From contig JAICRU010000004.1 of NCBI GenBank assembly GCA_025937235.1, positions 777 through 64,776 of the forward strand: 64,000 bases of DNA, written 5' to 3'. A program made the position numbers and the translations under genes. The DNA is from Acidimicrobiia bacterium (GTDB lineage: Bacteria > Actinomycetota > Acidimicrobiia > Spongiisociales > ZC4RG35). Positions 8,802-18,494 of this stretch are shown in pieces; positions within the stretch are counted from its first letter, which is position 1; every line of letters begins with the position of its first letter. The notes beneath the pieces were generated by a model. It searched no databases, was not told the DNA's origin, and worked only from the letters and a program-made list of their open reading frames with translations.

Positions 8802-10228
8802 CCGTCCGCCTGCGGGTGGCGCCGTCACCCACCGGGCACCTCCATGTGGGCACTGCCCGTGCGGCGCTCTTCAACTGGCTCTACGCACGGCATACCGGGG
8901 GGAGCTTCATCCTCCGGATCGACGACACCGACCGGGAGCGCTCCACGGTCGAGTTCGAGGAAGACATCCTCGACTCGCTGCGCTGGCTCGGGCTCGACTG
9001 GGACGAAGGGGTCGGGGTCGGTGGCCCACACGGCGATTACCGGCAGTCGAGCAGATACGAGCGATACCGGGACGTGGCATCATCGCTGGTCGAGTCGGGC
9101 GTCGCCTACTACGACAACAGGACGCCCGACGAGCTGGAGGCCCTTCGTCGGCGCGCCGTGGCCGAGAAGCTCCATCCCGCTCATTACATCAGACGCCCGG
9201 CGACCGCGGTGACCGAGGGGGCGATCCGACTGTCGGTGCCCCAGGAGGAGGCGGTGGTGTTCGACGACCTAGTCCGGGGAAGGGTCAGCTTCGAGGCGAG
9301 GGACATCGACGACTTCGTCATCCTGCGCACCGATGGGACTCCCACCTATCACCTGGCGTCCACTGTCGACGACGTCGACTACGGGATCACCCACGTCGCC
9401 CGGGGAGAGGACCTCCTGCCCTCGACCCCAAAGCACATCGTCCTGACCCGAGCCCTTGGGGCCTCTCAGCCCGAATACGCCCATCTCCCCCTGCTCTTCG
9501 GCACCGACGGCAAGAAGCTGTCCAAGAGACACGGGGCCACCTCGCTCTCGCTGTATCGCGACGAGGGTTATCTGCCCGAAGCCGTCTTCAACTACCTGTC
9601 TCTGCTGGGGTGGTCCATCGATGGGGACCGGACCATCTTCTCCAGGGATGAGGCCGTCGCCGTCTTCGATCTGGTCGACGTCTCTCGGAACCCGGCGGTG
9701 TTCGACCCTGACAAGCTGGCCTGGCTCAATGGCGAGTACATCAGGGCAATGGAGCCCTCCGATTTCACCCGGTCGGCCCGGCCCCACGTCGAGAGGGCGG
9801 TGGGCCGCCAACTCCACGAGGAGGAATGGGCCAAGTTCGACACCGTCTCGGCCCTGGTCCAGGAGCGAACCCGTCTCCTTCCTGAGGCAGGTGATCAGGT
9901 GGTCTTCCTCTTCGAGGACTTCGCCGAGTACGACCCCGCGGCCTGGGACAAGGTGATGACCAAAGAGGGGGTAGCCGGGATCCTGTCCTCGGCCCGCGAC
10001 CGTCTGACCAAAGTCGACCCCTGGGATGCCGGCACCATCGAGACCGCATTGCGGGGGATGTTGGAGGAGATGGGCTTGGGGGCGGCCAAGGGCCTCCAGC
10101 CATTGCGCGTGGCGATCACCGGCTCGTCGGTCAGCCCTCCCCTCTTCGAGTCAATGGCGGCGCTGGGACGTGACAAGACCCTGGAACGGGTGGAACGGGC
10201 GATCGGGCAGCTGTCAGGTACTGGGTAG
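8798..10228 (+). CDS. gltX: glutamate--tRNA ligase
   Basis: [21 protein letters not shown] (HIGH motif) and KLSKRHG (KMSKS motif). The ATG overlaps the upstream TGA (ATGA). Confidence 0.95.
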   Translation: MTVRLRVAPSPTGHLHVGTARAALFNWLYARHTGGSFILRIDDTDRERSTVEFEEDILDSLRWLGLDWDEGVGVGGPHGDYRQSSRYERYRDVASSLVESGVAYYDNRTPDELEALRRRAVAEKLHPAHYIRRPATAVTEGAIRLSVPQEEAVVFDDLVRGRVSFEARDIDDFVILRTDGTPTYHLASTVDDVDYGITHVARGEDLLPSTPKHIVLTRALGASQPEYAHLPLLFGTDGKKLSKRHGATSLSLYRDEGYLPEAVFNYLSLLGWSIDGDRTIFSRDEAVAVFDLVDVSRNPAVFDPDKLAWLNGEYIRAMEPSDFTRSARPHVERAVGRQLHEEEWAKFDTVSALVQERTRLLPEAGDQVVFLFEDFAEYDPAAWDKVMTKEGVAGILSSARDRLTKVDPWDAGTIETALRGMLEEMGLGAAKGLQPLRVAITGSSVSPPLFESMAALGRDKTLERVERAIGQLSGTG

Positions 10229-10259
10229 GTCGCAGGCGACAGGTAACCTGCTCACTCGA

Positions 10260-10335
10260 GGTCCCGTCGTCCAGAGGCCTAGGACGCCGGCCTTTCAAGC
10301 CGGAAACGCCGGTTCGAATCCGGTCGGGACTGCCA
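10260..10335 (+). tRNA. tRNA-Glu (anticodon UUC), CCA encoded
   Basis: The cloverleaf can be drawn by hand. Acceptor GGTCCCG/CGGGACT; anticodon stem CCGGC/GCCGG with loop CTTTCAA; T arm GCCGG-TTCGAAT-CCGGT; 3' GCCA. Resembles the canonical bacterial tRNA-Glu GTCCCC...TTCGAATCC. Confidence 0.85.
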
Positions 10336-10346
10336 CTCAGGGAACA

Positions 10347-10874
10347 ATGTCAGCGCAGACCATTCTCGTCTTCAACAACCTCTTCGCCATCCTGACCCTG
10401 GTTGCCCTGGCCGGGGCGATCGGGCTCGGCGTCTATCGGGTGGTCAGGGGCCCTGATGCCGCTGCTCTGCTCGGGAAGAACGCGGTCTGGCTGGCGTTCG
10501 CGGTCGCAGCAGTCAGCACAGTCGGCTCCCTCATGTACTCGGAGCTGTTCCACTACATCCCCTGTCGCCTCTGCTGGTTCCAGCGAATCGCCATGTACCC
10601 GCTGGCCGTCATCCTCCTGGTGGGTGCCATTCGCCGTGAGGCCGTGGTCAGGTTCTATGCCATCCCCATCGCCCTGATCGGCCTCACCATCTCCATCTAC
10701 CACAACCTCATGCAGTTCTTCCCTCGTCTCGAAGGCGGCTCATGCGACCCGGCGGTGCCTTGCTCGGCTCGCAGCATCGAGATGTTTGGCTTCATGGACC
10801 TCCCTTTTATGGCCGGTGTGGGGTTTATCCTCATCACGATCCTGCTCGCCTTCTACACGAAAGCCTCCGAATGA
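10347..10874 (+). CDS. disulfide bond formation protein B (BdbC/DsbB family)
   Basis: Four TM segments. First periplasmic loop has PCRLCWFQRIAMYP (CxxC); second loop has Cys pair GSCDPAVPCS. ATG at 10347, in frame with ORF 10026..10874. Confidence 0.8.
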   Translation: MSAQTILVFNNLFAILTLVALAGAIGLGVYRVVRGPDAAALLGKNAVWLAFAVAAVSTVGSLMYSELFHYIPCRLCWFQRIAMYPLAVILLVGAIRREAVVRFYAIPIALIGLTISIYHNLMQFFPRLEGGSCDPAVPCSARSIEMFGFMDLPFMAGVGFILITILLAFYTKASE

Positions 10875-11530
10875 CCGCCACCAGGAAACCCAAGCCAGGG
10901 ACCAAAGACGCCAAGAGCAACTCCACCCTGTGGTGGATCATCGGCGGGATAGTTGGGCTGGGGTTGATCGTCTGGCTCGCCATCTCCATCGCCGGTGAGG
11001 CCCCGGTCGACGACAGCATCGGTTTCGGCGACCCGACGGTCACCGGAGACCCGCTGCCGTTCTATGCCTCCGGGCAGGAGGATGTCTCGGTCGGCCTCAC
11101 CGCCCCCACCGTCGAAGGCGCCGACTGGGAGGGGAACCCGGTCTCGATCGAGCCCGACGGCACCCCCAAGATCGTGATCTTCCTGGCTCATTGGTGCCCT
11201 CATTGTCAGGCCGAAGTGCCCGTAATCCAGGACTGGATAAACGATGGGAATGTGCCTGACACCGTGGAGCTCGTGTCGGTAGTGACCGGTACCGATCGGC
11301 TCCGTCCCAACTGGCCCCCCCAGGACTGGCTCGAGGAGGAGGGATGGACCCCACCGGTCATAATGGACGATGAGATCACGACGGTGGCGGTGAATTACGG
11401 GATGGGCGCGACACCGATGTTCGTGGTTCTGGATGGCAACAACACCAACCTGGGCCGGATCACGGGGGAGCTGTCGACCGACGCCCTCGATCAGTTGGTG
11501 CAGGTGGCCGAGACCTCCATCGAAGGTTGA
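10871..11530 (+). CDS. TlpA/ResA-like membrane-anchored thiol:disulfide oxidoreductase
   Basis: N-terminal TM anchor WWIIGGIVGLGLIVWLAI and thioredoxin motif FLAHWCPHCQAEVP. The ATG overlaps the dsbB-like TGA (ATGA). Confidence 0.8.
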   Translation: MTATRKPKPGTKDAKSNSTLWWIIGGIVGLGLIVWLAISIAGEAPVDDSIGFGDPTVTGDPLPFYASGQEDVSVGLTAPTVEGADWEGNPVSIEPDGTPKIVIFLAHWCPHCQAEVPVIQDWINDGNVPDTVELVSVVTGTDRLRPNWPPQDWLEEEGWTPPVIMDDEITTVAVNYGMGATPMFVVLDGNNTNLGRITGELSTDALDQLVQVAETSIEG

Positions 11531-11971
11531 TCAGGTTTCCATCGACCTGATCTTCTCCAGACGTCTCACGTGACGCTCCTCCCGGGAGAACCTCGCCTCC
11601 AAGAAGGTCGTCACCAGCTCCTGGGCCAGAGCCTCCCCTATGACCCTCGCCCCGAGGCTGAGGACATTCACGTCGTCGTGCTCCACCATCTGATGGGCGG
11701 TGTAGGTGTCGTGGGCGATGGAAGCCCTGATCCCCTGGAGCTTGTTGGCGGCGACCGCTGCGCCGGCCCCGGAGCCACAGATGAGAATGCCCCGGTCGGC
11801 CCGCCCGTCGAGCACCGCCTGGGCCACAGCAGCGGCGAAGTCCGGGTAGTCGACGGGCTCGGCAGAGTGAGTCCCGAGGTCGTACACGGCGTGGCCCGAC
11901 TCGGCGAGCCATTTGGATAGCTGCTCCTTGAGAGGGTATCCGGCGTGATCCGCGCCGAGTGCGATTCTCAT
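11531..11971 (-). CDS. rpiB: ribose-5-phosphate isomerase B
   Basis: [18 protein letters not shown] and [23 protein letters not shown] are RpiB/LacAB signatures. ATG at 11971. Confidence 0.9.
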   Translation of the reverse strand: MRIALGADHAGYPLKEQLSKWLAESGHAVYDLGTHSAEPVDYPDFAAAVAQAVLDGRADRGILICGSGAGAAVAANKLQGIRASIAHDTYTAHQMVEHDDVNVLSLGARVIGEALAQELVTTFLEARFSREERHVRRLEKIRSMET

Positions 11972-12049
11972 TTCCGGCGGCAGGGTAGCCATGAGCGCTG
12001 CCACCGACCCTTCATGGGGTTGTGGCCACACCTAACTACATTCGCCTGG

Positions 12050-13300
12050 ATGTCCAAATTGGTTGTCGAGGGCGGAGCGCGTCTCCAGGGCACCGTCGGC
12101 GTGATGGGGGCCAAGAACGCGGTCCTCAAGGAGATGGTCTCTGCTCTCCTGGCCCCGGGAAGGCATCGTCTCACCAACGTCCCCGCCATTCTCGACGTGA
12201 GTCTCATGCGCGAGGTCCTCGGTCACATCGGCTGCAAGGTCGAGCAGGGCGATCACGAGTTGTGGCTGATCGTCCCCGATCAGCTTCTGCCCGAGGCGCC
12301 GATCGAGCTGGTGCGCCAGATGCGGGCATCGATAGTGGTGCTCGGCCCGCTGTTGGCGAGATGCGGCGAGGCGCGGGTCGCCCTACCGGGTGGCGACGAC
12401 CTCGGGGCGCGGCCGATCGACATGCACCTGAACGGCCTCGAAGCCATGGGTGTCGACTTCGACCTGGTGCACGGCGAGCTGGTTGGACGCGTCGACAGGC
12501 GTCTCAAGGGCACCGAGGTAGAGCTTCCCTTTCCATCGGTGGGCGCCACCGAGAACATGCTCTTCGCCGGGGTTCTGGCCGAGGGTGACACCGTGATCGT
12601 CAACGCGGCGCGTGAGCCCGAGATCCAGGATTTGATCACCCAGCTGACCGAGATGGGCGCCGACATCACCGGGGGTGGCACCTCGTTGGTGACGGTGCAT
12701 GGCGTCGAGAAGCTGGCGCCCGCGGATCACCACGTCGTGCCCGACCGTCTCGAGGCGGGGACCTATGCGGCCGCCGCCGCCATAACAGGCGGAGATGTGA
12801 CCGTCACGGGATGTACCCCGGAGCACCTGCGGATGGAGCTGCGGAAGCTGTCCGAGGCGGGCTGTGAGGTGGAGCAAGGGAACGGGTGGCTGCGGGTGCG
12901 GGGCCCGGAGCGCCCGACATCGGTCGACTTCGCCACCCTCCCCTTTCCTGGCTTTCACACCGACATGCACCCGCAGATGGTTGCTGTTCTCTCGATCGCC
13001 GTAGGGACCTCGGTGATCACGGAGAACCTCTACGACGCCCGGTTCCGATATGTCGGGGAGCTGGCCAGGATGGGCGCCGACATCACCACCGAAGCGCAGC
13101 ATGCCGTGATCAGGGGTGTCGAGCAGCTTTCAGGCTGCCCGGTGCTGGCACCTGACATCAGGGCCGGAGCGGCACTCGTCATGGCCGGTCTTCGGGCCGA
13201 CGGCACTACCGAGGTCGGTGATGCGAGCCACATCGATCGGGGCTACGAAGAGTTCCCGGAAAGGCTCCGGGCGCTGGGAGCGAGAATCGAGCGGGGGTGA
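12050..13300 (+). CDS. murA: UDP-N-acetylglucosamine 1-carboxyvinyltransferase
   Basis: [26 protein letters not shown], the ...[16 protein letters not shown] region and the C-terminal [18 protein letters not shown] match the MurA/EPSP fold. Confidence 0.92.
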   Translation: MSKLVVEGGARLQGTVGVMGAKNAVLKEMVSALLAPGRHRLTNVPAILDVSLMREVLGHIGCKVEQGDHELWLIVPDQLLPEAPIELVRQMRASIVVLGPLLARCGEARVALPGGDDLGARPIDMHLNGLEAMGVDFDLVHGELVGRVDRRLKGTEVELPFPSVGATENMLFAGVLAEGDTVIVNAAREPEIQDLITQLTEMGADITGGGTSLVTVHGVEKLAPADHHVVPDRLEAGTYAAAAAITGGDVTVTGCTPEHLRMELRKLSEAGCEVEQGNGWLRVRGPERPTSVDFATLPFPGFHTDMHPQMVAVLSIAVGTSVITENLYDARFRYVGELARMGADITTEAQHAVIRGVEQLSGCPVLAPDIRAGAALVMAGLRADGTTEVGDASHIDRGYEEFPERLRALGARIERG

Positions 13301-14619
13301 TGGCGCTCCGGGCCTCGTTCGCCCCAGTCGCAAGTCTCGCATTCGCAATCATCGTCGTCGCAGCCCTGGTCGTCCTGCCTTCCCGCACGAGCCAGGCGGC
13401 AGTCCGCCCGGAGGGCTCGACCATCGAAGTGTCGGTTCCCGCCGACAGCTACCTGGAGATGAACGGGCGTCGTTATCGGGGCCCCTTCAGGATCACGGCT
13501 GAGAGGGACGGTGTGGGCGTGGTCGAGGTGACTTCCCTCGATGCCTACCTGGAAGGGATCCGGGAGGTCCCATTCAGCTGGGACGAGGAGGCGTTGGCGG
13601 CTCAGGTTGTCGCGGCGCGCACCTATCTGGCATGGACGCTGGCCGGCGGCCGGACGGAGACAGGGCAGCGGATCGGCTACGACATCTGCGCCACCGCTGC
13701 CTGCCAGGTGTATGCCGGGGTAGAGCCGGTCCTCGGGGAGGACGGCGATCGGTGGCGGGCAGCCGTGGCCCGCACCTCCGGCGAGATCCTGATCCACGAA
13801 GGTGAGCCGGCCCGTGCCTTCTATTCCTCCACCACCGGTCTCCGCACCAGGAACATCGAGGACATCTGGCCCGGGTCGGAGCCTGCCCCGTATCTCGTTG
13901 GGGTCCCCTCTCCGGGGGAGGACAGCCCCTTCGTGAGCTGGTCGTGGGAGCTCCCCGAGTTCATGATGGAGCGGCTCCTCCGTGAAGCGAATGTCGCCGG
14001 CGGTGACGTCCGGTCGATCGTCAACCGCTCCACCGAGGACGGCGAAGGCCCATGGATGATCGACATCGTCTCCGAGACGGGAACAGTCTCCATGGACACC
14101 TGGTCCCTTCGCTCCCGAATCAACGATGCGGCATCACTGTTCCCCGAGCGTCTTCCCGCGCTGCGGCCTGATGGGATGCGGTATCCCAACACGGTGTTGA
14201 GCCCCGAGTACACCATCAGACGCGAGGTCCGGGTGCACCAGCTGGGGATGAACGACCGCATCGATCCCTACTACGTCGTCGAGGGCGCCGGATGGGGCCA
14301 TCTGATCGGCATGTCCCAATACGGCGCACAGGCCATGGCCGAGTCGGGGTCGACCTACCCCGAGATCCTGGCCCACTATTACGGAGGCCTCACCCCGGTG
14401 CCCGGGGACGGATTCCTCCCCGGGCAATTGGCGGTGGGGCTGGTGGTAGGGGGCGAGAAGACGCGGATCTCGTCGGAGGTCCCCCTCCAGGTGACAGTCG
14501 ATGGGCTCGACCTCCCCCCTGCCCCGGCGGGCGCATGGACCTTCCTGTGGGTCGACGGCACCCTCCAGGCGATACCGCCTGTTCGCTCGGCTCCTTGGGG
14601 CCTGCCCGACGAGTCCTGA
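13297..14619 (+). CDS. SpoIID/LytB domain-containing protein (secreted)
   Basis: Signal/anchor peptide. [28 protein letters not shown] and [11 protein letters not shown] match the SpoIID family; C-terminal [17 protein letters not shown] at 13297/13300 overlaps the murA TGA. Confidence 0.8.
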   Translation: MMALRASFAPVASLAFAIIVVAALVVLPSRTSQAAVRPEGSTIEVSVPADSYLEMNGRRYRGPFRITAERDGVGVVEVTSLDAYLEGIREVPFSWDEEALAAQVVAARTYLAWTLAGGRTETGQRIGYDICATAACQVYAGVEPVLGEDGDRWRAAVARTSGEILIHEGEPARAFYSSTTGLRTRNIEDIWPGSEPAPYLVGVPSPGEDSPFVSWSWELPEFMMERLLREANVAGGDVRSIVNRSTEDGEGPWMIDIVSETGTVSMDTWSLRSRINDAASLFPERLPALRPDGMRYPNTVLSPEYTIRREVRVHQLGMNDRIDPYYVVEGAGWGHLIGMSQYGAQAMAESGSTYPEILAHYYGGLTPVPGDGFLPGQLAVGLVVGGEKTRISSEVPLQVTVDGLDLPPAPAGAWTFLWVDGTLQAIPPVRSAPWGLPDES

Positions 14620-14677
14620 GCCTCTGGCGTCGGTAGAATCCGGAACAACCCCAACCAGGTGAAGGTTCTTCAAGACG

Positions 14678-15016
14678 ATGCCAGAAACAACACCAGTGAC
14701 CATTGCGAGCAGCGCGAGGGTCGAGGAAGGCCCTGTCGACATCGAGAGACTGCGCGAGACGCTCGAGTACATACGCCCGGCGGTCCAGGCCGATGGCGGT
14801 GACTTGATCCTGCTCGGAACCGAGGGCGGCCGGGTGGACATACAGATGGTTGGTGCATGTGGAGGCTGTCCCCTCTCGATGATGACACTCAAGGCAGGCA
14901 TCGAGCGCATCCTCATGGACCGTGTCCCGGGCGTGACCGAAGTGCGCGCCAGCGCCGATGCCCCGGGTCTGGACGAGCTCGACGACCCAAACGCGATCAC
15001 TCTCCCTCCCCTCTGA
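14678..15016 (+). CDS. NifU C-terminal (Nfu-type) Fe-S cluster carrier domain protein
   Basis: LEYIRPAVQADGGDLILLG...VDIQMVGACGGCPLSMMTLKAGIERIL contains the Nfu CxxC motif. Confidence 0.8.
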   Translation: MPETTPVTIASSARVEEGPVDIERLRETLEYIRPAVQADGGDLILLGTEGGRVDIQMVGACGGCPLSMMTLKAGIERILMDRVPGVTEVRASADAPGLDELDDPNAITLPPL

Positions 15017-15049
15017 GCCGATAGGTGCGTCACTTAACCTGACGCCACG

Positions 15050-15760
15050 ATGCATGGCTCCGATGTCGCCGGGCGGGTGCGAAGTGGCGATAGACGTGCG
15101 CTGGCCCGACTCGTCACCCTGATCGAAACCGGTGATCCGGGTGTCGATCAGATCGTGGCATCAATCATCGACTCGGCGCCCCCGGCACGTCGGATCGGGA
15201 TCACCGGGCCACCGGGCGCGGGAAAGTCCACCCTGGTCGACGCCATGGTCACCGAGTTCCGCGCACGGGGGGACAGCGTCGCCGTCCTCGCCGTCGACCC
15301 GTCCAGCCCGATCACCGGCGGGGCGCTGCTCGGAGATCGGATCCGGATGCAGGGCCATGTCGACGACCCCGGGGTATATGTTCGGTCGATGGCGTCGAGG
15401 GGCCACGTCGGCGGCTTGTCGGCGGCGGCGGCACCGACGATCGCCGTCCTGGCCCGGGCCGGTTTCGACTTCGTGCTGGTGGAGACGGTCGGAGTGGGCC
15501 AGTCGGAGCTCGAGGTGATGGACCACGCCGACTCCGTGGTGCTGGTGCTCGCTCCCGGCTGGGGAGATCAGATTCAGGCGGACAAGGCGGGCGTCGTCGA
15601 GATCGCCGATGTCTTCGTGGTCAACAAGGGGGACCGCCCCGGGGTCGACATGGTGCAACGCGCCTTGCTGGAGCGTCTCGGCGGCTCGGGCACCCCGGTC
15701 CTGGTGACCACCGCCACCACCGGTGAAGGTGTGCCGGCCCTCGTCGAAGTAGTGCGTTGA
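15050..15760 (+). CDS. meaB: MeaB/ArgK-like G3E-family GTPase, short form
   Basis: RALARLVTLIE, P-loop GITGPPGAGKSTLV, VLAVDPSSPITGGALLGDRIRM, ETVGVGQSE and VVNKGD. It ends directly after the G domain (236 aa). Confidence 0.8.
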   Translation: MHGSDVAGRVRSGDRRALARLVTLIETGDPGVDQIVASIIDSAPPARRIGITGPPGAGKSTLVDAMVTEFRARGDSVAVLAVDPSSPITGGALLGDRIRMQGHVDDPGVYVRSMASRGHVGGLSAAAAPTIAVLARAGFDFVLVETVGVGQSELEVMDHADSVVLVLAPGWGDQIQADKAGVVEIADVFVVNKGDRPGVDMVQRALLERLGGSGTPVLVTTATTGEGVPALVEVVR

Positions 15761-15767
15761 GCCCGCC

Positions 15768-18404
15768 TCAGACGTCCTCGCGGACCGAGTCCAGCGCTGC
15801 CTGTGCCGCCGCCAGCCTTGCTCCTTCGACCCGGGGAGGGCTGCAGGACACATAGTCGAGCCCGAGTTCCTCGACGAAGAAGATCGAATCAGGGTCCCCT
15901 CCATGCTCGCCGCAGAGGCCGACCACCAGGTTGTGATTCGCCTCCCGTCCCTCCCTCGTGGCCACTGAGACCAGACGGCCCACCCCGGCACGGTCGAGGG
16001 TCTGAAACGGATCCGAGCTGAAGATCCCCTGCTCGAGGTAATCCCGAAGGAACAGTCCTTCGGCATCGTCACGGCTCAACCCGTATGTCATCTGAGTGAG
16101 GTCGTTCGTCCCGAATGAGAAGAAGTCGGCCACCCGAGCTATGTCACCTGCCGTGAGCGCGGCGCGAGGCAGCTCGATCATCGTCCCGATCGGGATCTCC
16201 AGTTCGACCCCGGACTTGGCTGCGGCCTCTGCGATCTCCGCCTCGATCATCTCACGCATCCGGATCAACTCCTCGGCCGCAGCAACCAAAGGGATCATGA
16301 TCTCGAGGTGTGGACTCGCGCCCGCCTGGAGGCGACGGGTGAGGGCCGTGGTGGCGGCACGGGCCTGCATCCGGTAGAGATCGGTGAGCATCAGGCCAAG
16401 GCGGACGCCGCGTAGCCCGAGCATCGGATTGTCCTCCTCCCAACGCGCCACATGCTCGGACATCGCCTGCAGGTCGTCGATGGGCCGGCCGGCCCGGACC
16501 CGTCGCAGCATCTCATGCTCCAGATCGAGACGTGAGGGGAGGAACTCATGGAGGGGCGGGTCGAGGAGCCGGATCACGACCGGAAGGCCGTCCATCGCTT
16601 CCAAGAGACTCTCGAAGTCGCCCACCTGCTGGATCTCGAGATCGGCGAGGGCCCGATTCCGCTCATCGGTGTCAGCTGACAGGATTATTCGGCGTACTAT
16701 CGACAGCCGTTCGCCCATGAACATGTGCTCGGTCCGGGCCAGGCCGATCCCCTCGGCGCCGCGAGCCCGGGCCAGGGCGGCATCTTCCGGGAGGTCGGCG
16801 TTAGCCCTCACCCCGAGACGGCGGAAGTCGTCGGCCCACGCCAGGAGCTGGCCGAGCTCGGGCGGCACCTCGGGGGGCACCAACTCGACCTCACCCGGAT
16901 AGACGGCGCCGGACGTGCCATCGATGGTCACGACGTCGCCGCGGTGGAGATCGGCGCTCCCGGTAGAGGCGATCCCCGCGTCGGGATCGACCTGGAGCTT
17001 GGCCGCGCCGGTCACTGCGGGTTTGCCCATGCCCCTCGCCACCACTGCGGCATGGGAGGTCTTGCCGCCCTGATTGGTGAGGATCCCGACGGCTGCCGCC
17101 ATCCCATGGATGTCATCCGGCGTGGTCTCGGGCCGCACCAATATGACCTCCACGCCGTTGCGCGCCTCCGATACCGCGTCGTCGGCGGTGAACACGACGA
17201 CGCCGGTGGCCGCTCCGGGAGAAGCGGCTACTCCGACGGCCAGAGGTGGAGAGCCCTTGACCTTGTCGGCGAGGCGGGGGCGATGCAGTTGCTCGAGCGT
17301 GGCCGGCTCGACTCGTGATACCGCCGTTTCGCGGTCGATGAGGCCCTCCCCGACCATGGCGACGGCCATTTTGACCGCCGCGGCCGCGGTCCGCTTCCCG
17401 GCCCTTGTCTGGAGGATGTAAAGGACATCCCGTTCGATGGTGAATTCGATGTCGCACATGTCCCGATAATGCGCTTCGAGACCGCTCATGATCTCCAACA
17501 GCCGGCCATGGCACTCGGGGTGCAGGTCGGCGAGCTGATCCAGGGTCAAGGTGTTCCGGATGCCGGCGACGACGTCTTCTCCCTGGGCCTGAGGCAGATA
17601 GTCACCGTAGATCTTTTTCTCGCCAGAGCTCGGGTCGCGGGTGAAGCAGACGCCGGTCCCTGACTGCTCGCCCAGGTCGCCGAACACCATCATCTGAACG
17701 TTGGCCGCCGTCCCCAGGTCATCGGGGATCGAGTGGATCCGGCGGTATTCGACCGCCCGCTTGGTGTTCCAGGACTCGAACACGGACGTGACGGCCCCTC
17801 TGAGCTGCTCCGACGGGTCGTCGGGGAGCTGTCCCGGGCGCTCATTTTCGACGATCTGGCGGAAACGTGCGGTGGCAGTTTCCAGGTCTTCTGCGGTCAG
17901 GGCCGAATCGTCGTCGACACCCCTTGCCACCCTCATCTCGGTGAGCACGTCCTGGAAGAGGGCCTCGTTCACGCCGAGCACGACGTCGGCGTACATCTGG
18001 ACGAAGCGGCGGTAGGCGTCCCAGGCGAAGTGGGGGTCCCCCGACCATTCGATCAGCGTCTTGACGATCTCGTCGTTGAGCCCCAGGTTGAGGATGGTGT
18101 CCATCATCCCCGGCATCGAGAACTTGGCGCCCGACCGCACCGAGAGGAGCAGGGGTGTTGGCCCTCCACCGAAGGTTCGACCGGTTGCCCCCTCGAGACG
18201 GGCCACCGCCGCATCCACCTCCGGCCAGAGCTCGGGCGGAACCTCGCCCGTCGCCATGGCAACACGGCAGACGTCAGTGGTGATCGTGAACCCTGGTGGC
18301 ACGGGAAGCCCGAGTGATGTCATCCGGGCCAGACCCGCACCCTTGCCTCCGAGCAGGTCGCGATCGGATCCGTCGGTGGCTGAGAAGTCGTAGAGCTGCG
18401 GCAT
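15768..18404 (-). CDS. ppdK: pyruvate, phosphate dikinase
   Basis: 878 aa. Contains the GGKGAGLARM ATP-grasp N-terminus, phosphohistidine loop GGKTSHAAVVARGMGKP and PEP-utilising TIM domain FFSFGTNDLTQMT. Confidence 0.95.
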   Translation of the reverse strand: MPQLYDFSATDGSDRDLLGGKGAGLARMTSLGLPVPPGFTITTDVCRVAMATGEVPPELWPEVDAAVARLEGATGRTFGGGPTPLLLSVRSGAKFSMPGMMDTILNLGLNDEIVKTLIEWSGDPHFAWDAYRRFVQMYADVVLGVNEALFQDVLTEMRVARGVDDDSALTAEDLETATARFRQIVENERPGQLPDDPSEQLRGAVTSVFESWNTKRAVEYRRIHSIPDDLGTAANVQMMVFGDLGEQSGTGVCFTRDPSSGEKKIYGDYLPQAQGEDVVAGIRNTLTLDQLADLHPECHGRLLEIMSGLEAHYRDMCDIEFTIERDVLYILQTRAGKRTAAAAVKMAVAMVGEGLIDRETAVSRVEPATLEQLHRPRLADKVKGSPPLAVGVAASPGAATGVVVFTADDAVSEARNGVEVILVRPETTPDDIHGMAAAVGILTNQGGKTSHAAVVARGMGKPAVTGAAKLQVDPDAGIASTGSADLHRGDVVTIDGTSGAVYPGEVELVPPEVPPELGQLLAWADDFRRLGVRANADLPEDAALARARGAEGIGLARTEHMFMGERLSIVRRIILSADTDERNRALADLEIQQVGDFESLLEAMDGLPVVIRLLDPPLHEFLPSRLDLEHEMLRRVRAGRPIDDLQAMSEHVARWEEDNPMLGLRGVRLGLMLTDLYRMQARAATTALTRRLQAGASPHLEIMIPLVAAAEELIRMREMIEAEIAEAAAKSGVELEIPIGTMIELPRAALTAGDIARVADFFSFGTNDLTQMTYGLSRDDAEGLFLRDYLEQGIFSSDPFQTLDRAGVGRLVSVATREGREANHNLVVGLCGEHGGDPDSIFFVEELGLDYVSCSPPRVEGARLAAAQAALDSVREDV

Positions 18405-18494
18405 CAGTCAGATGAAGTTAATGAACCCGCCACAGCCCTCAACCGGGTCGAAGGCGAAACATCGCTCGGTCTTTCCGCCATGATCCGGGGCGAG

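Noticed and set aside
15050-15760. meaB as a pseudogene truncated by the convergent ppdK
   Set aside because: The reading frame is intact through all G-domain motifs and ends at a clean TGA 7 nt before the ppdK stop. There are no frameshift remnants of the missing C-terminal arm downstream. It is treated as a naturally short paralogue (see finding).
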